This document shows positions 24,086 through 34,065 of a stretch of DNA of 64,000 nucleotides, one piece after another (positions within the stretch are counted from its first letter, which is position 1; each line of letters starts with the position of its first letter). Source of the stretch: an uncultured Chitinophagales bacterium (GTDB lineage: Bacteria > Bacteroidota > Ignavibacteria > UBA10030 > UBA6906); assembly GCA_964444145.1 (NCBI GenBank), contig CAYUFU010000005.1, positions 1,667 to 65,666 of the forward strand, in the 5' to 3' direction. The translations under genes and the position numbers were made by a program. The notes beneath the pieces are model-generated. The model did not search any database and had not been told where the DNA came from. It was given only the letters and a program-made list of their open reading frames with translations.

Positions 24086-25775
24086 AGTCCGTTCCTACCT
24101 TTGCATTGACGTGCTCCATTGCGCGCGCAAGCGCCTGACGAGTGGAGTTGAGTATCGTTGCATCTGAGAAAAAGAGGTTCTTGCGCCCGATAATCTGGTC
24201 GAAGCCTGAGCGACGGAAGATGGTTTCCACGTCGCCCGTTACGCCGGAAATCAGCAGCATCTTGTCTCGTTTGGTCATCTCCTCGGTGAGTTTCTGGATT
24301 GCGAGAAGGAATGTCGCGTCAATGGTTCCGGCCCGCTTGATGCGAAGGATGAGGACATGCAAATGTTCCTGACGCGCCACACGAGCGATTTTTTCCTCTA
24401 CAAGGTCCGCGGCACCGAAAAACACATTGCCCTCGATATGCAGAATGGCAATCTCCGGCGTCGCTCGCTCGAGTGAAGCATCCCGCTCGTGAAAGCCGGA
24501 TGCAGCGTCATACACCAACTCCTGCACCTGCGGCATTTGTGCTTTTCGAAGGAACAACACGAGCGACACACCGACGCCGATGTACAGAGCGTAGTCGAGA
24601 GGAAAGATGAATGCGCTTGCAAATGTAGCAACCATCGTGATGGCGTCCGAGCGCGTCGTCCGCATGACCATGTGCACGCTGCGCCAGTTTACCATGGTGA
24701 ATGCGACGACGATGAGAATGCTTGCAAGAGCTGCGATGGGAATAGAGCGCACCAGTGGATGAAGAACGAGCACGGCAAGCAGGAAGAACAACGCCGCCGA
24801 GGTATTGCCAAGCTTGGTTACGGCGCCAGTTTGGTAACTCAGCATGGTGCGCGTCAGCGAGCCTGAAACGGGCATACCACTGAAGAACGCAACGCTCATA
24901 TTCGCGAGACCTTGTCCAACTAATTCGCGATTGGCGTCCACGCGATCGCCCGAGAACGCGGCGACGGACTTCGCAATGGAAATAGACTCAGCTACGCCAA
25001 TGAGTGCAACTGCGAATGCACCGGGCAGGAGCGCACGCGCAAGCGATGCATCAACGAGAGGGAGGCTCAGCGGCGGAAACGCGCCGGGTAACTCGCCGAG
25101 TACCCGAACTCCACGCTCGTCCAATTTCCAGAATGCGGCGGCGCCCGCTGCAAGAAGCAATGTAATCAGATACGTCGGCACATAGGGAACGCCGCTCGGA
25201 GATTTTGGAATGATTCTGTTGAGCAAGAGCACCGCGGCGATCGTTCCCATGCTAACTGTAACGGCAAGCGGTTGCAGTTGATGCGCGCCGGAAATCAGGT
25301 GTGCGGCTGCTTCGAGAATCGAAGGCTGTGTGCTGCCTGGAATTCCTAAAAGGTTCGGCAGTTGATTGATGACGATGGATAATCCCGCGCCGGCAATGAA
25401 CCCCTCCAACACCGGACGCGAAATGAAATGTGTCAGCGTTCCCCAGCGCAGCAAACCGGCGGCGAGTCGAAGCGCACCGGCGAGAAACGTGAGCAACAAG
25501 ACGACGCCCATGAACTTGTCGTGATGAACGTACGACGCCAAAACGCTTGCGACGACGATCGCAGTCGCGTTCGTCGGTCCGGTTTGCAGATGCCGCGACG
25601 AGCCGAAGAACGAGCCGACCACCGTGCTGACCATGAACGCGTAGAGTCCGTATTGCGGCTGGATGCCCGCGAGCAGCGCGTAGGCAATCGCTTGCGGCAG
25701 CGCGAAGAGCGCCACCGTGAGTCCGGAGAATAAATCGCGGCGAAGAGTTTCGCGTTTATCGTGCTGAGATGTCAT
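24069..25775 (-). CDS. SulP-family anion (sulfate) permease with C-terminal STAS domain
   Basis: 568-aa ORF, polytopic, with the typical SulP N-terminus (DLFSGLTVALFALPQAIAYALLAG) and a STAS-like tail. Confidence 0.9.
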   Translation of the reverse strand: MTSQHDKRETLRRDLFSGLTVALFALPQAIAYALLAGIQPQYGLYAFMVSTVVGSFFGSSRHLQTGPTNATAIVVASVLASYVHHDKFMGVVLLLTFLAGALRLAAGLLRWGTLTHFISRPVLEGFIAGAGLSIVINQLPNLLGIPGSTQPSILEAAAHLISGAHQLQPLAVTVSMGTIAAVLLLNRIIPKSPSGVPYVPTYLITLLLAAGAAAFWKLDERGVRVLGELPGAFPPLSLPLVDASLARALLPGAFAVALIGVAESISIAKSVAAFSGDRVDANRELVGQGLANMSVAFFSGMPVSGSLTRTMLSYQTGAVTKLGNTSAALFFLLAVLVLHPLVRSIPIAALASILIVVAFTMVNWRSVHMVMRTTRSDAITMVATFASAFIFPLDYALYIGVGVSLVLFLRKAQMPQVQELVYDAASGFHERDASLERATPEIAILHIEGNVFFGAADLVEEKIARVARQEHLHVLILRIKRAGTIDATFLLAIQKLTEEMTKRDKMLLISGVTGDVETIFRRSGFDQIIGRKNLFFSDATILNSTRQALARAMEHVNAKVGTDYEMGS

Positions 25776-25798
25776 GCGGCGTTCACAAGTTCCTCATC

Positions 25799-27916
25799 TC
25801 AGCGAACGAGAAGCATTCTTCCGGTCTGCATCGTTGTCGGCGCCGTGAAGCGATAGAGGTACACGCCGCTGGGGTGCTGCGACGCGTCCCATTGTACGAC
25901 GTATCTGCCGGGTGCGCGTAGATCGTTGACAAGCGTCGCCACTTCACGCCCCGTAACATCGAATATGTGGAGTTGTACATGTCCCTGTTGGGCAACCTGA
26001 AACCGGATACTCGCAATGCTGTTGAACGGGTTGGGGTAGGTGTGCTCGAGCGCAGTCGGCTGCGGCCTGCTCGGCTCTACAACTGACATCGTGATTCTCT
26101 CGTTACGATAATAGTGGATGCCGCCGCGCCGCACACCGAAGAACAAATCTTTATCGCCGTCGCCGTCAATGTCGGCAAACGTTGGAGAGGCTTCCAGCGC
26201 AGGCTCGGTATTGGCGTAGTGATTCGTTCGCCGAACGAACTGCGCGTTCGAGGGACTTCCCGTGTTTTCATAGAACTCGATTCTGCCTTCATCCGTGCCG
26301 ATAAACAGATCGGCATCACCGTCGCCGTCCACGTCGGTGAATGCTGGGGCGGCGTTCCGGCTTACTTGAGTGTTCTGAAAATTCGTCGAGACGAGAGCAG
26401 GCCGGAAGTTCGACGCGGTCCCGTTGTTTCGATAGAAGCGAAGTTGACCGGCAGCGTTGCCGACGAACAAATCCAGGTCGTTGTCCGCGTCAATATCGGC
26501 GAATGCGGGCGCGGCATTGAATCCCACGCGAACCGTGTCCACGGGGGAATTCGCGCGCACGAATTGCGCTGCCTGCGGCGTCCCGACATTGCGATAGTAT
26601 CGCATCGTGCCATCGAACAGACCGAGGAACAGGTCCTTCTTGCCATCAGCATCGATGTCCGTGAACGTTGGCGCGTAGGAAAATCCCCCCGCGATATTTT
26701 GATACACCGAATCCACAAAAAGAAATGACGGCGACGCGGGTGTTCCGACGTTTCGAAAATAGGCAAGCTGTCCGTTCAAGTTGCCGACGAACAAATCGTG
26801 CGTGCCGTTCGCGTCAATGTCAACGAACGTGGGATGTGCGCTCATGCCGACGTCAATCATGGTGAGGAAGTTATGTGTGTGGAGCTGCAGCAGCGGCGCG
26901 CTCGGCGAGCCGTTGTTTCGATAAAACAAGAAGCCGTCCCGCTGCGTTACGCCTCCCAGCACGCCGACGAACATATCAAGGTCGCCGTCGCAGTCAATGT
27001 CGGCAAAGGTTGTGTGGTTGAAGCCAGCGGTAGCGACTGGCTGGTTCGTCGGAAAATGCGCGGTGTTGCATTCCATCCGCGGGTCTGTCGGTGTGCCGTT
27101 GTTGAGAAGCAGGAACAGGCCAGTCGAAAACAGGTCGCCGATGAACAGATCGTACGTCCCGTTGGCATTGAAGTCGGCAAAGCGATAGGAGCTTGCGCCA
27201 TGGTGGGAACTCATTACCAGCCCTATCGTGCACGAATCGCCCGTGATGAGGATTCCTGCCCAACGCGTTGTCCTGAACACGAGCCGAAGCGTCGTCGCGT
27301 TGCCGATGTTCTGATAATAATTTACCGTGCCGTCGTTGTTGCTCGAGAAAAAATCATAGTCGCCGTCGGCGTCAATATCCACCAGCGCGGGTATGCTGTT
27401 CTGACCGGGAAACACTACAAAGCCACTCGAATCTCTCAGCAACGGACTTACTCTTGTGAACTGGGGCGAGTGTGGCGTGCCAATATTTTTGTACACGCTT
27501 GTGCCTACCAGTGTACTGTCCTCTGTCAAGAGGTCGCGCAAGCCATCGCCATCAATATCGTAAAACAACATCCAACGCGAGACCGGTGGCAGCGCAACTG
27601 CTCCGTTGCGGAGTCTATAAAGGGGAGCAAACCGCGTTCCCTCATTGCGATAAAACTCCACCGGCGGGTCAACATCGAGCACGAAAAGGTCTAGGTCGCC
27701 GTCGCTGTCAATGTCCACGAATTGATGTTGCGGCGAATTGACGCCCCCGCCGAACGGCAGCACGAGTGGTGCGCCGTTCACCACAACGGGGATGCTTTCG
27801 ACGTGTCGTGAGAACGGCTGCGCGACCAGGGGACGAAGAGACGGCACGAAAGGGAACAACAACATTGGCGCGAAGCGAATGATGTATAAGAAAACCTTTG
27901 TCGAATTATCACTCAT
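25799..27916 (-). CDS. FG-GAP/VCBS-repeat secreted protein with T9SS C-terminal sorting domain
   Basis: 705-aa ORF with more than 10 repeats of the F(A/V)DIDxDGxxDLF type. C-terminus: YPNPFNSIASIRFQV...SGVYLYRF...GRMLLVR (Por/T9SS CTD pattern). Confidence 0.85.
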   Translation of the reverse strand: MSDNSTKVFLYIIRFAPMLLFPFVPSLRPLVAQPFSRHVESIPVVVNGAPLVLPFGGGVNSPQHQFVDIDSDGDLDLFVLDVDPPVEFYRNEGTRFAPLYRLRNGAVALPPVSRWMLFYDIDGDGLRDLLTEDSTLVGTSVYKNIGTPHSPQFTRVSPLLRDSSGFVVFPGQNSIPALVDIDADGDYDFFSSNNDGTVNYYQNIGNATTLRLVFRTTRWAGILITGDSCTIGLVMSSHHGASSYRFADFNANGTYDLFIGDLFSTGLFLLLNNGTPTDPRMECNTAHFPTNQPVATAGFNHTTFADIDCDGDLDMFVGVLGGVTQRDGFLFYRNNGSPSAPLLQLHTHNFLTMIDVGMSAHPTFVDIDANGTHDLFVGNLNGQLAYFRNVGTPASPSFLFVDSVYQNIAGGFSYAPTFTDIDADGKKDLFLGLFDGTMRYYRNVGTPQAAQFVRANSPVDTVRVGFNAAPAFADIDADNDLDLFVGNAAGQLRFYRNNGTASNFRPALVSTNFQNTQVSRNAAPAFTDVDGDGDADLFIGTDEGRIEFYENTGSPSNAQFVRRTNHYANTEPALEASPTFADIDGDGDKDLFFGVRRGGIHYYRNERITMSVVEPSRPQPTALEHTYPNPFNSIASIRFQVAQQGHVQLHIFDVTGREVATLVNDLRAPGRYVVQWDASQHPSGVYLYRFTAPTTMQTGRMLLVR

Positions 27917-27972
27917 GCCTCATCCGTTTGAGAGAGTTTCACGCCGCGGTTGATGTTGAACCATCAGCAATG

Positions 27973-29376
27973 TCACACCGTCTCCTTGAAATCCCACTTA
28001 CTCAGCCCATGCCGCTTCATCTTCTCGAAAAAATTCTTGTAGTCCAGCTCGGCGTCGTGCGCGGCGTTCGTGATGTTCCCTTTGTGCTTCTCAAGCAAGC
28101 GGCTGATGTATTTTTTTTCGAAGTGGTCGAGCAAATCCTGTTTCGCTTTGCCGAACGGAATCCCGTCGTACACGAGGAACTGAAAACTGGCGCGATCTTC
28201 GGGCAGCAAGCAATGGGTGATGGTTTCCTTGCCGAGCACGTCTCCCTTTTCGATGATAACAGCTCGTTCGATGACGTTCTCCAACTCTCGAACATTGCCC
28301 TGCCATCGTTGGTGTGCGAGCAACTGGATTGCGTCAGGCTCGATGCTCTCGATGGTTTTGTTGAAGCGCTCCGCGTACATGCGCAAGAAATGAAACGCGA
28401 GCAGCGGCAAATCTTCGAGCCGCTCGCGCAGCGGCGGCAGCGTAATCGGTACGACGTTCAGCCTGTAGAACAAGTCTTCGCGGAAGGTGCCTTGTTGAAT
28501 CGCCTTCCGCAAGTCGCGGTTGGTTGCGGATACGAGCCGCACATCAACACGCACGGTTTCGTTACCGCCGATACGCTCGAACTCGCGCTCCTGCAGCACG
28601 CGCAAGAGTTTTGCCTGCGTTTGCAGCGGCATGTCGCCAATTTCGTCGAGGAACAGCGTTCCGCTTTCGGCAAGCTCGAAACGTCCTTGCCGCGTTCGTA
28701 GCGCGCCCGTAAACGCGCCGCGCTCGTAGCCGAACAACTCGCTTTCCAAGAGCGTGTCCGGTATTGCCGCACAGCTCAAGCCGATGAACGGCCCGCCGGT
28801 ACGGCTGCTATTGTAGTGAATCGCTTTTGCAATGAGCTCTTTGCCCGTTCCCGTCTCGCCTTGAATCAGGACTGTCGCATCCGTCTTCGCGACATCGGCA
28901 ATCAAGTCGTAGATCTTCTGCATCGCGGGAGACTTGCCGATGATGTTGCTGAACCCGTGCCGTTCGCTCAGCTCTTGGCGCAAGCGCGCCACCTCGCGCT
29001 TGAGAAGATTTTGCTCGAGTGTTCGTTTCAGTACCATCATCAACTCGCTATAGTTGATGGGTTTGCACAAGTAGTGCGCTGCGCCGAGTTGCATCGCCTT
29101 TACCGCATGCTCGATGGAGCCGTAGGCGGTGATGATGATGATGGGAACATCGAGACCCATGGTGCGCACCTTTTCGATGAGCGCGATGCCGTCTAAGTTC
29201 GGCATCATGTAATCGACAATGATGACGTCGAAGTTTTGTGTTGCGACATATAAGAGTCCCGCTTGTCCGTCGGCGGCGAGGCTTACGGCATATCCTTCAC
29301 GCCGCAGGTTTGCCTCCATCACCTTCAGGGTTGCAGGCTCGTCATCTATAACCAAAATGGCGGGCTTCGGTTTCAT
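27973..29376 (-). CDS. NtrC-type sigma54-dependent response regulator
   Basis: 467-aa ORF with a REC domain (ILVIDDE...DYMMPNLDG), AAA+ motifs GETGTGKE and GAFTGA, and a C-terminal HTH. Confidence 0.9.
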   Translation of the reverse strand: MKPKPAILVIDDEPATLKVMEANLRREGYAVSLAADGQAGLLYVATQNFDVIIVDYMMPNLDGIALIEKVRTMGLDVPIIIITAYGSIEHAVKAMQLGAAHYLCKPINYSELMMVLKRTLEQNLLKREVARLRQELSERHGFSNIIGKSPAMQKIYDLIADVAKTDATVLIQGETGTGKELIAKAIHYNSSRTGGPFIGLSCAAIPDTLLESELFGYERGAFTGALRTRQGRFELAESGTLFLDEIGDMPLQTQAKLLRVLQEREFERIGGNETVRVDVRLVSATNRDLRKAIQQGTFREDLFYRLNVVPITLPPLRERLEDLPLLAFHFLRMYAERFNKTIESIEPDAIQLLAHQRWQGNVRELENVIERAVIIEKGDVLGKETITHCLLPEDRASFQFLVYDGIPFGKAKQDLLDHFEKKYISRLLEKHKGNITNAAHDAELDYKNFFEKMKRHGLSKWDFKETV

Positions 29377-30856
29377 ACACTTTGAGGCGAGTCGGGAACG
29401 TCAGCACGGCGCGCGTTCCTCTCCCGTCGTTCGGTTCGAGTCGCGCCTTGCCTTGGTGACTTTCCATTATTTTACGAACGATGAACAACCCCAAACCTGT
29501 GCCTTGCAGCTTTGTTGTGAAGAACGGCTTGAAGAATTCGTCAGGGTCGCGGTTGCCGATGCCCGGACCATCGTCGGCGATCACGACTTCGATTTCCGTC
29601 GCGGCTTCGGTGCCGCCAGCATGGCGCGCAGAGATGCAGAGGTTTCCGCCTGTTGACATGGATTCAAGCGCATTGTTGAGCAGGTTGATGATCGCACGTT
29701 CCACCTGCGCGGCGTCCATCGGAAACATCGGCAAGCCTGCTTCGATGTCTTTCTGAAGGTGGACGCGCTTTTTTCGAATCTGACGCTCGACTTGGGCGAG
29801 CGCTTGGTCAATCACAGGCATTATCGTCTGCTGTTGAAACTCCACCACCAATGGTTTGGCGAAGTCGAGCAAGTTCGAGGTCACGTTCGCGACCCGTTCA
29901 ACTTGTTCTTCCATCAGCCTGAGATACGACACAATATTCTCTTCGGTACATTCACCTCTGAGATAATGTACAGCGCCGCGAATGGCATTCAGTGGATTGC
30001 GGACTTCATGCGCGACGACCGTGGCAATGTTGCCGATTTCCGCAAGGCGCTGTGCACGCTCCAAGTTCTGCTGCATCTTTACTGCGTCGGTGACGTCTTT
30101 GACGTACTCGATCACGTGTTCGACTTCTCCCTTTTCATCGAACAACGGAAAGTCATAAATCTCCAACATGCGGCCCTCTTGACCGGCGAACGCAGGCTTT
30201 GTACAGAAGGTCGAAGCACGGCCGCCGAGTTGAAACACCGTATCGGCCCGGCAGAACGAGCAGCGTCGCTCCGTTCCTTGACACATCTCGAAGCAATGCT
30301 CGCCGCGTACTTGCTCAAGTGTCCTCCCCATGAATTTTTCAATGACGGGATTGACATGGACGATACGGAAGCTTCGGTCAACAATCATCACCCCGTCGGG
30401 CAAATGATCGAACATGGCGTTCAGCCGTCGGTTGCTCTGCTCGAGCTTCGCGGAGTATTCTTCCGCTTGCACCTTCGAGTGTTTGAGTGCTTCGATACTG
30501 CTGCGGAGGTCGCGCACCATTTGTGCGAAGCCGCTCATCAGCTGATTCAATTCGTCGCCCGAGTCACGCAATGCGCTCACGTCTATTTCCGTGTCGAGAT
30601 TCCCGCGACGCACTTCTTCGACTTTCGCGGTGAGAGAGACGACCGGTTGCACCATGATGCGGGTGATGAGAAGTATTCCTGTTACTCCGACCGCGATATA
30701 AAAAATCGTAACGATGATGAGCGCCATCAGCAGATTCGCAGGGTTAGCGCGTACCAGCACAAGCACCAGCGCGCTCCCGGCTAGCGCCATCACAATGACG
30801 GTGGCGATCGTGCTCACCAAAAACTTGCGCTTGAGTCCTGCGTTCTTAAGCCACAT
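29342..30856 (-). CDS. Sensor histidine kinase (2 TM-HAMP-PAS-HisKA-HATPase) with Cys-rich PAS
   Basis: 504-aa ORF with H-box VVAHEVRNPLN, an ATPase region (DDGPGI, GTGLGL), and a PAS domain containing CFEMCQGTERRCSFC. Confidence 0.9.
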   Translation of the reverse strand: MWLKNAGLKRKFLVSTIATVIVMALAGSALVLVLVRANPANLLMALIIVTIFYIAVGVTGILLITRIMVQPVVSLTAKVEEVRRGNLDTEIDVSALRDSGDELNQLMSGFAQMVRDLRSSIEALKHSKVQAEEYSAKLEQSNRRLNAMFDHLPDGVMIVDRSFRIVHVNPVIEKFMGRTLEQVRGEHCFEMCQGTERRCSFCRADTVFQLGGRASTFCTKPAFAGQEGRMLEIYDFPLFDEKGEVEHVIEYVKDVTDAVKMQQNLERAQRLAEIGNIATVVAHEVRNPLNAIRGAVHYLRGECTEENIVSYLRLMEEQVERVANVTSNLLDFAKPLVVEFQQQTIMPVIDQALAQVERQIRKKRVHLQKDIEAGLPMFPMDAAQVERAIINLLNNALESMSTGGNLCISARHAGGTEAATEIEVVIADDGPGIGNRDPDEFFKPFFTTKLQGTGLGLFIVRKIMESHQGKARLEPNDGRGTRAVLTFPTRLKVYETEARHFGYR

Positions 30857-31334
30857 GAGAGGAGGTTGAATGGTTTGAATCGAGATGTAAAAAACTTCGT
30901 CCGTCCTGCATCAATCTACGCAATGCCGAAACAATTGTAAACGACATGCATCCGAAATAGCGTCGCGCAAAATCCCACAGCCGCCAGGTCTCTTTAGGAA
31001 AATTGGAAACGTCACCTCGTTGGATAAAAACTCTCGAAGATTCCCGAATCGGCTTCTGACTTCTTTCTTTGTGCCTTCGCGTCTTGGCGAGAGTTTTCTG
31101 TATTGGATTGCAGAAAAGACAAGATTCATGCCGCCATGGGCATGAACGATGGCAAACACTAGCGCATCAAAACTCGCATCAACTTCAGCTTGGGATTGGC
31201 ATTCGTCTATGTATGAAAAATGTTTATGGTAGTTCAACCATTTTCAAAACCCGCTGCCAGAAATTTTCTCGATGTCCCTTATGGCTCTGGCTCAAAAATA
31301 TCCAATTCCATCCCACTAAGCGGAAAGCTAACAC

Positions 31335-31350
31335 TGGCATTTGAATTGCC
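31335..31350 (+). promoter_or_regulatory. Candidate sigma54 promoter for the FadL-like operon
   Basis: TGGCAT-TTGAA-TTGC with exact GG-N10-GC spacing, 151 nt upstream of ATG 31501. Divergent from the NtrC-type two-component genes. Confidence 0.6.
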
Positions 31351-31500
31351 TTTCAATTGCACCAACCTTTCAAACCGTACTCTCGATTCGACGCCAAGGG
31401 TAGATTCCGCAACGGATCTATCTTGACTTCCGATTAGTCCATCAGTCAAAAAAGACGCTTACACGGCTTCTACATCACTCACTCAACGAGGAGGACAACA

Positions 31501-32769
31501 ATGAAACACGAAAGCCTTAAGATTTTTTTCGTGGCGCTTGGTGTAGCATTGTGCGCGAGCAACCTGTACGCGACCAACGGATATTTCTCACATGGGTTCG
31601 GACTGAAGCAGAAGGGAATAGCGGGCGCGGGTGTAGCGCTGAGTTTTGGACCGCTCGCGACAGCGACGAATCCCGGCAGCATAGCGTTCGTTCGAGCTGG
31701 CTACGACGTGAGCGTGTCGCTGTTCAATCCGAACCGACAATACACTGTAACCGGCGCACCTTCGATGCAGCCCGGCACCTTCGGCTTGGCACCCGGTACA
31801 ATCGAAAGCGGCTCGAAGATTTTCGTCATCCCCTCGCTCGGCGCAGTCTGGCAGGTTGATGAAAACAACTCAGTCGGTGTTGCGATTTTTGGGAACGGAG
31901 GCATGAACACTAACTATAACGCGCCCACCTTTGGCTTTACGCCGACAGGCGTTGATTTGGCGCAATTGTTTCTTACGCCCACGTACGCAATTAAGGTCGC
32001 GGAAAAGCACGGTTTTGGAATAACGCCTGTTCTCGCGTTTCAACGCTTCAAGGCAACAGGCTTGAAGGCGTTTGGTGGGTTTTCCAGCAGCGCAGCGAAC
32101 CTTTCCGATAATGCGTACAGCACCTCGCTCGGTTTCGGTGCACGCCTCGGCTATCTCGGACAGTTGATGGATTTCCTTTCGGTCGGTGCATCGATCCAAA
32201 CAAAAATCTCCATGGGGGCATTCGACAAATACGCGGGGCTCTTCGCGCAGCAGGGCGACTTCGACATTCCGACGAATTGGACTGTCGGCATCGCGCTCGG
32301 CTTCGAGCAAATGGGTCTCGCGTTCGACGTGCAACAAATCCTCTATAGCGGAATCAAATCAATCGCGAATCCCCTGCTGCCGAATCTTCAGCAATCTCCT
32401 CTCGGCGGTGATGCAGCCGCGGGTTTCGGTTGGAAAGACATGACGGTGTTCAAAGGCGGCGTGTATCTGCAAACCGAAGGCGGGTGGACGTGGCGCGCGG
32501 GCTACTCATACGGCAAGCAGCCGATTGAAGGCGGCACGAATCCGTTGACCTCGCAGGTTCTCTTCAACATCCTTGCCCCTGGCGTGGTTGAACAACACTT
32601 GACGATTGGCATTTCGAAAAAGGTGAGCGATGACCAGGAAATAGATGTTGCCGTGATGCGCGCGTTCCCTAAAAGCGTCATCGGAGTCAACCCGTTAGAT
32701 CCACTCGCCGGGCAAACGATTGAGCTGAAGATGAACCAGTGGGAGTTCAGCGTCGGGTTCGGATTCTGA
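31501..32769 (+). CDS. FadL/TodX-family outer-membrane transport protein
   Basis: 422-aa ORF with strong SD GAGGAGG, a signal peptide, N-terminal NGYFSHGFGLKQKGIAGAGVA, and a C-terminal beta-barrel ending ...FSVGFGF. Confidence 0.85.
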   Translation: MKHESLKIFFVALGVALCASNLYATNGYFSHGFGLKQKGIAGAGVALSFGPLATATNPGSIAFVRAGYDVSVSLFNPNRQYTVTGAPSMQPGTFGLAPGTIESGSKIFVIPSLGAVWQVDENNSVGVAIFGNGGMNTNYNAPTFGFTPTGVDLAQLFLTPTYAIKVAEKHGFGITPVLAFQRFKATGLKAFGGFSSSAANLSDNAYSTSLGFGARLGYLGQLMDFLSVGASIQTKISMGAFDKYAGLFAQQGDFDIPTNWTVGIALGFEQMGLAFDVQQILYSGIKSIANPLLPNLQQSPLGGDAAAGFGWKDMTVFKGGVYLQTEGGWTWRAGYSYGKQPIEGGTNPLTSQVLFNILAPGVVEQHLTIGISKKVSDDQEIDVAVMRAFPKSVIGVNPLDPLAGQTIELKMNQWEFSVGFGF

Positions 32770-32907
32770 TAACATCCTGAGTTCCGCAAGGCGGACGGAG
32801 AAGCGAGCAACGAGTACTCTCCGCGACGTTCACGAAGAACAACAATGCAAAATCTTTCGTTCAAGGAAATCAGAGAAAAGAATAATACTGGGTTGCGACC
32901 TTTGTGT

Positions 32908-33948
32908 ATGATGAGAAAACCAGCAATCTCACACCAAGCTACACGTCAACTGGCTTGGATGCTTTCTCTCTTGCTCCTCGCCCTTGGAGTTGCCACACAA
33001 GCAGCCGTCAGCGGGGAGAAGGAGTATGGAGTGTACCAGTACGTGATCGAGTCCGCTCACGGGACCTTCGAGGCAATCTCGTCTTCAATTGAGAACAGCG
33101 CACGCGCTGCAGGTTGGAGTGTCGTAACGAAAGTCAACGCCGGTGTGCCCGATGGATGCATGTACAAAGCGCGTGTCTTCGTACTTCACAAGTCTTCGTA
33201 TGCCGACAATGTCATGGCGGCGAATCGTACTACGGGACCGTTTGCAGTCGTTGACAGAGTCAATCTGTTCGAAGACGAGAATGGAATTCACGTTGCTGTC
33301 GTGAACCCGCATTCGATCAATCGCACGATTCTGATGGACGATACGAAATACGAAGCGATGACTCAGGCGCATCTGCAGGCGCTGCGCAGCATGATCGCGA
33401 GCGCAGTGAAGGGGAACCCGAGTGAGAGGCAATACGGACAGATGCGCCATGTCGGTTACATCAGCAAGACAATGGGCGTGATGGCGGGCGGCAGCTTCGA
33501 CAGCAAGCTCGTGGAGCTAGCGACCGTGAGCGGAGGCAATTGGAAAGAGGTTGCCGCAAAAGTCCGGGATGGCTTGAGTCAGCAAAGTAAGAAGTGGGGT
33601 ATGCATCGTGTGTACGAACTGGAATTGCCGCCGTTCGAAACCGTGTTATTTGGAACCACCGGCACGCCGATGGACGGCAAATCATTCGACATCGTAGGTG
33701 CGGGAGCCGATGAGTCACGCGAAAATCTGAAGTACCCCGGGTTGGCACACGCCGCCGCGTATCCGATTGAAATTGTTGTGGCGAAGGAAGGCGATGCAGT
33801 AACGGTGCGTACGGTGGAAGTGATGTTTCGCATGAAAATGTATTTCGAAGACGCGGGCAACTGGGCGTTCATGAAAAACGTGCGGATGCCCGGCTCAATC
33901 CAAGATGAGCTGACGGTGCAAGTCAAGTCGGGTTTGGGAACCAAGTAG
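32908..33948 (+). CDS. Secreted hypothetical protein, possible tandem DUF302-like domains
   Basis: The track ORF starts at 32845. I prefer the ATG at 32908 because the signal peptide (LAWMLSLLLLALGVATQAAVSG) follows directly. Two halves each resemble the DUF302 pattern by eye (low certainty). Confidence 0.6.
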   Translation: MMRKPAISHQATRQLAWMLSLLLLALGVATQAAVSGEKEYGVYQYVIESAHGTFEAISSSIENSARAAGWSVVTKVNAGVPDGCMYKARVFVLHKSSYADNVMAANRTTGPFAVVDRVNLFEDENGIHVAVVNPHSINRTILMDDTKYEAMTQAHLQALRSMIASAVKGNPSERQYGQMRHVGYISKTMGVMAGGSFDSKLVELATVSGGNWKEVAAKVRDGLSQQSKKWGMHRVYELELPPFETVLFGTTGTPMDGKSFDIVGAGADESRENLKYPGLAHAAAYPIEIVVAKEGDAVTVRTVEVMFRMKMYFEDAGNWAFMKNVRMPGSIQDELTVQVKSGLGTK

Positions 33949-33978
33949 GAGTTAACAGATCCAATATCCAAGCTCCGA

Positions 33979-34016
33979 GTTCCAAATCCGTTTGGGATTT
34001 GGAACTTGGGTTTTGA
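33979..34016 (+). terminator. Rho-independent terminator
   Basis: GTTCCAAATCC-GTTTG-GGATTTGGAAC (11-bp stem) followed by TTGGGTTTTGAG. Confidence 0.7.
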
Positions 34017-34065
34017 GATTTGGAGCTTACAACCGTGTTCTTTTCCATCAAGTAAGGAGGTATCC

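Noticed and set aside
30911-31237. 108-aa minus-strand ORF in the divergent spacer
   Set aside because: It has lower GC than all the convincing genes, no SD, no recognisable motif, and competing ORFs on the other strand. The evidence is insufficient to call a gene.
30857-31500. Replication origin at the strand-switch point
   Set aside because: Only one weak DnaA-box-like sequence (TTATCCAA, at about 31021) is present, with no dnaA or dnaN nearby and no AT-rich unwinding repeats. A divergent promoter region is the simpler explanation.
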